From NCBI GenBank assembly GCA_965263355.1, contig CBDHHL010000056.1:320001-384000 (forward strand): a stretch of DNA of 64,000 nucleotides, read 5' to 3'. Source of the stretch: Leptolyngbyaceae cyanobacterium (lineage in GTDB: Bacteria > Cyanobacteriota > Cyanobacteriia > Phormidesmidales > Phormidesmidaceae). The translations under genes were made by a program, and so were the position numbers. A model generated the notes under the pieces. The model ran no database searches, was not told where the DNA came from, and was given only the letters and a program-made list of their open reading frames with translations. Shown one piece after another: positions 60,859 through 64,000 of the stretch (its first letter is position 1; each line of letters begins with the position of its first letter).

Positions 60859-62080
60859 ATTCCAATGCATTCACAATTTTTTGTGTTGTTTCTGCCCAGG
60901 TTGGTTGCTGCAATGCTAGAACTCGGGCTGCAGCTGAGTAAACGCAACGTTTAGTTGCATCTTCAAGTAGCTCACAGACTGCATCTGCAAAATCTTTAGC
61001 TGTGTCAGCTGCGATCGCATGTCGCCCTGACTGACATCCTGCCACAGTCGCAAGCACTGCTGATGTCGCCACCAAAGGGACTCCAGCCGTTAGTGCATCA
61101 AGCACCCGATTAATTAACCCAGTACTATTCACTACAGGTACAACGGCTAAGCTAATGGACTCATACAGTTTTCCTAGATCATTGACATAGCCTAAAACCT
61201 CAGCTTCTGGAGGTAAGCTAAGGGCATATCTACTATTAGCCTTAGGTGGAGTTCCTGCCAGCAGCAGCTTCGCTGCTGGATGTTTTTGTACAATGCGAGG
61301 CCATACTTTAGTCAGAAACCAGCGCGATTCACATGCTCGTCCACCTGACAAATGCGTCATAAATAGAATTCTTAGGGGACCATCGGCACAGTAATTAACA
61401 TGCTCCAAGTCTGTTTTGCGACCATTTTGGGCGTGAATGGTAGTAGGCGTTTTAGGTGCCCTCATCAATACCTCCCCTGCTCGCCTAGCCTCCAAAGGTG
61501 TCTGAACATGCAACAAATTTACTGATTGCAAATAGTGACGCTCATGAAACCAAATCCAAGGAACCCTTAACCCCTGAAAAATCCGTCGCCAATTTATCCC
61601 TAAATGACCACTTAAAACCTCATGCAATGAATCAATATAAGTTGTAGTAACAACGTCGTTACAGCCTAAGGCAATAACCGAGGCAATTTTTAATCCCATA
61701 TTCTCACAAGCTTTGACCAAGCCTAGGCCTCCTACAGGAGAAACCCAGACTACATCATAGGTTGTCTTCAAAAACAAAGCATTTAATGCCTCTGGCGTAT
61801 ACCCTTCAATAAAGTATGCCGGACGTCTTAAAGTCAGCTCTTGAAAAAGCTTTCGGACATTAGAGGCCTCATAGCTACGTAATTGCAGGAGATTTTTGAT
61901 AGTTGGCGGTAAGTTTGCACGCCGCCGAGTGAGCAGTATTTCATCACGCTCAGAACGAGTAATAACCAATAGATCTAATTCAAAAACCTTAGATAATGCC
62001 TCTGCGATATGGGCATTTGGCAGCTCAATCCCCTGCCGAGGAGGAAATGGAATTGAAGTTGTTACAAATAGAACCTTCAT
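60821..62080 (-). CDS. glycosyltransferase family 4-like
   Basis: MKVLFVT..PFPP, WF..KVWP.I, LGYVNDL, VVPV..GLINRVLDAL.AGVPLV. Confidence 0.85.
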   Translation of the reverse strand: MKVLFVTTSIPFPPRQGIELPNAHIAEALSKVFELDLLVITRSERDEILLTRRRANLPPTIKNLLQLRSYEASNVRKLFQELTLRRPAYFIEGYTPEALNALFLKTTYDVVWVSPVGGLGLVKACENMGLKIASVIALGCNDVVTTTYIDSLHEVLSGHLGINWRRIFQGLRVPWIWFHERHYLQSVNLLHVQTPLEARRAGEVLMRAPKTPTTIHAQNGRKTDLEHVNYCADGPLRILFMTHLSGGRACESRWFLTKVWPRIVQKHPAAKLLLAGTPPKANSRYALSLPPEAEVLGYVNDLGKLYESISLAVVPVVNSTGLINRVLDALTAGVPLVATSAVLATVAGCQSGRHAIAADTAKDFADAVCELLEDATKRCVYSAAARVLALQQPTWAETTQKIVNALEYEYKTHIASAQI

Positions 62081-62089
62081 AAACAACTT

Positions 62090-63247
62090 TTATTGCAAAA
62101 CATCTAAAAAGTGAAAGTTTTTACGAGCCTGTCGCCTTGCCTGCTGTAATGCTAACTGCACTTTAGGCATGCAATTTCTCTCAATAGCAGCCGTAAGCTT
62201 CTGTGTTAAATCATCTGCTCGCACATCTTTAATTGGCATAATCCAGTGTTTATCTAAACCAACTGCCTTAGCAAAGTCGACACATTTTTGGTGATAAGCT
62301 AACACACCAAATGGAGTACCCACAGCATAGGAAATTACAGCTGCATGCAAACGACTTGCTAGTACCAAAGAACATGCAGACAATCGTTGATACATGTCTT
62401 CAGGGCAAGGCGTATAAGCATAAAATTTAACACGCTCTGAAAACTTCAAACGCTTTTGTAACCGAACCGAGATGGATTCATCTACATTACTAAAATTGAG
62501 CAATTCAATCACAACCGTCTTATTAGCAGCTTGAATACTATTCAAACTAGTTACCAATGCTTCTATTAGATGGGTTGGCGTATATCCTTGACGTAAAGCA
62601 ACTCCAATTGATGGAAATGACTTTTTTGAAGAACTTAAATTAGATAATAGCTCTGGTAACAATAGAGCCATGTCAACAGCATTTACTGCCGGGGTTTTCA
62701 AGTTAAAATTCTGCAATACGTCCCAAGAACGCTGGTCGCGTACAGCGACAAAATCAAGTTGCTGTAAAACTTGATTACAGGCATGCTTCTCAGCTTGATT
62801 TTTAAAGGGGCCTAAAGAAATTCCTAAGGCACCCACTAAAGTTTGTGGATGGGAACGTCGTGTAGCAGCGACCACTTTACTCAATCTTCGTGAGCGTGGG
62901 ACAGAATGTAAAATAGAGCCACCACCAATCAATAAAATGGGTGAAGCGACAGCTAGATAGTTATCAAATAAGAGCGGATTAAGCCAACGTCGTACATAAG
63001 GGATCCTCTGGAAAAGATTATAGCCAGCAAAGCCGTTTATTTCATTTTCACATCCCGTGTACTGAGCAAGATGAGCCTTATCGGCAAGCAGCCAGAACCT
63101 TGCTTTTGGTTGTATTTTTTGAATAACATAGTTGATGATAACTGCAGTCATCGCATCATCACCAACATTGCAGTTACCATTCCAGCCAATTAGGCTAATT
63201 TCTCTAAAGTCAAGCGCCTTTGACATATTTCCTAAGGGAAAACTCAA
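62090..63247 (-). CDS. polysaccharide pyruvyl transferase family
   Basis: GWNGNCNVGDDAM, IGGGSIL, GISLGP, VAVRD..S, D.AL, SRLHA. Confidence 0.88.
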   Translation of the reverse strand: MSFPLGNMSKALDFREISLIGWNGNCNVGDDAMTAVIINYVIQKIQPKARFWLLADKAHLAQYTGCENEINGFAGYNLFQRIPYVRRWLNPLLFDNYLAVASPILLIGGGSILHSVPRSRRLSKVVAATRRSHPQTLVGALGISLGPFKNQAEKHACNQVLQQLDFVAVRDQRSWDVLQNFNLKTPAVNAVDMALLLPELLSNLSSSKKSFPSIGVALRQGYTPTHLIEALVTSLNSIQAANKTVVIELLNFSNVDESISVRLQKRLKFSERVKFYAYTPCPEDMYQRLSACSLVLASRLHAAVISYAVGTPFGVLAYHQKCVDFAKAVGLDKHWIMPIKDVRADDLTQKLTAAIERNCMPKVQLALQQARRQARKNFHFLDVLQ

Positions 63248-64000
63248 AACTTTAAAACCGAGCTGACTCTTCTACCTTTCAAAAAGACAAGCTCAAAGAT
63301 AAAGAGATAAAATTTCAGCTGGACAATTCGAATAATAAACCAAGATACTGTATTATCAAGGTTTCCAGACATGACTGTTTCTGTTATCATCAAGACAACC
63401 AGCATTTCTGACAAAAATGAAACATCAGGATCTTTGATTCGCTGAAATCTAGTTAAAAGGTATGCCCATATTCCGCCAAGACAAAAAGCAGCTAGCTGGC
63501 TATATTGGCCTGCCATTAATTGCATAGTTCCCCAGAGACCAACTGCTCCTGAAAAAGACTTATCTTCTGAAAATCCAAAGTACTCTATGCCTACAACTTT
63601 CCCCGAACTAATAATAGGAATACCACCATCAAAAGGGACCAGCTTAGCGACTATTCTCCTAATTGTATTTGTAAAGCTAAAGGCCTCTTTTAGAAGATCT
63701 GATTGATATATTTCTGTAGCTAATAAGCCATCAAAGCCATTAAATCGAGTAGTAACTAGATCGGCAAAGTGAAGAATATTAGACGGATCAAAAACCTCCA
63801 AAAACCCACTAAACATAACACTCAATAGAGTAAAATTAAATTCCCTCCCATGTACTAAAAACTCATATTTTATCTGGTTAGCTATTGAGAAACTTAGAAA
63901 TAGAAAAAATATAGATACTATAGCTACAAAAAATACTTTAGAGAAATTTAGTTTAAAGTTTCCTTTCCTATGGAGGAAATAGAATACTAGTAGAATAGCT
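63244..64000 (-). CDS. membrane protein, probable polysaccharide polymerase (Wzy-like); 5' end outside the window
   Basis: Manual translation shows the frame stays open from 63825 to the window end; hydrophobic and AT-rich; lies in the EPS cluster. Confidence 0.55.
   Translation of the reverse strand, partial: AILLVFYFLHRKGNFKLNFSKVFFVAIVSIFFLFLSFSIANQIKYEFLVHGREFNFTLLSVMFSGFLEVFDPSNILHFADLVTTRFNGFDGLLATEIYQSDLLKEAFSFTNTIRRIVAKLVPFDGGIPIISSGKVVGIEYFGFSEDKSFSGAVGLWGTMQLMAGQYSQLAAFCLGGIWAYLLTRFQRIKDPDVSFLSEMLVVLMITETVMSGNLDNTVSWFIIRIVQLKFYLFIFELVFLKGRRVSSVLKF

Larger units (their letters stand above)
742..61018. repeat. dispersed HIP1 octamers GCGATCGC (cyanobacterial signature)
   Basis: Seen at 742, 3119, 6800, 7874, 19670, 21791, 31823, 33493, 35249, 36008, 37274, 39668, 44646, 50566, 53181, 58920 and 61011. 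Confidence 0.9.

Noticed and set aside
29236..62114. Numerous other short overlapping ORFs in the track
   Set aside because: They overlap well-supported genes in other frames or strands and lack recognisable motifs

Overview
Genomic DNA from a cyanobacterium, probably filamentous: recurrent HIP1 octamers GCGATCGC, DUF1822, PEP-CTERM, AAA_35-WD40, TPR-CHAT and GTAG-type REP hairpins all point that way. Bases 1-19157 hold a divergently arranged contractile injection system (eCIS/tCIS, Afp/PVC-like). It encodes an AAA ATPase, a DUF4255 cap, a sheath, four tube paralogues, a tail chaperone, a giant 2496-aa [VIL]QR-repeat protein, a hub, VgrG and a DUF4280 PAAR-like tip. No baseplate-wedge or fibre genes lie in this window. 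Next come a racemase/binding-protein/symporter/orphan-sensor unit (19.2-24 kb) and a GntR-controlled desaturase-hydrolase pair. A sigma-like/DUF1822/PEP-CTERM/caspase/TPR-CHAT block spans 27.5-37 kb, followed by a frameshifted rlmL-like gene. NTPase, WD40, two-component and kinase-NACHT signalling genes occupy 40-52.6 kb, with two tandem MITEs among them. The right end is a sulfated/pyruvylated polysaccharide cluster with fcl, a probable wcaG-type RNA and a proteobacterial-looking metK-ahcY pair. All calls come from reading motifs by eye; no searches were run.
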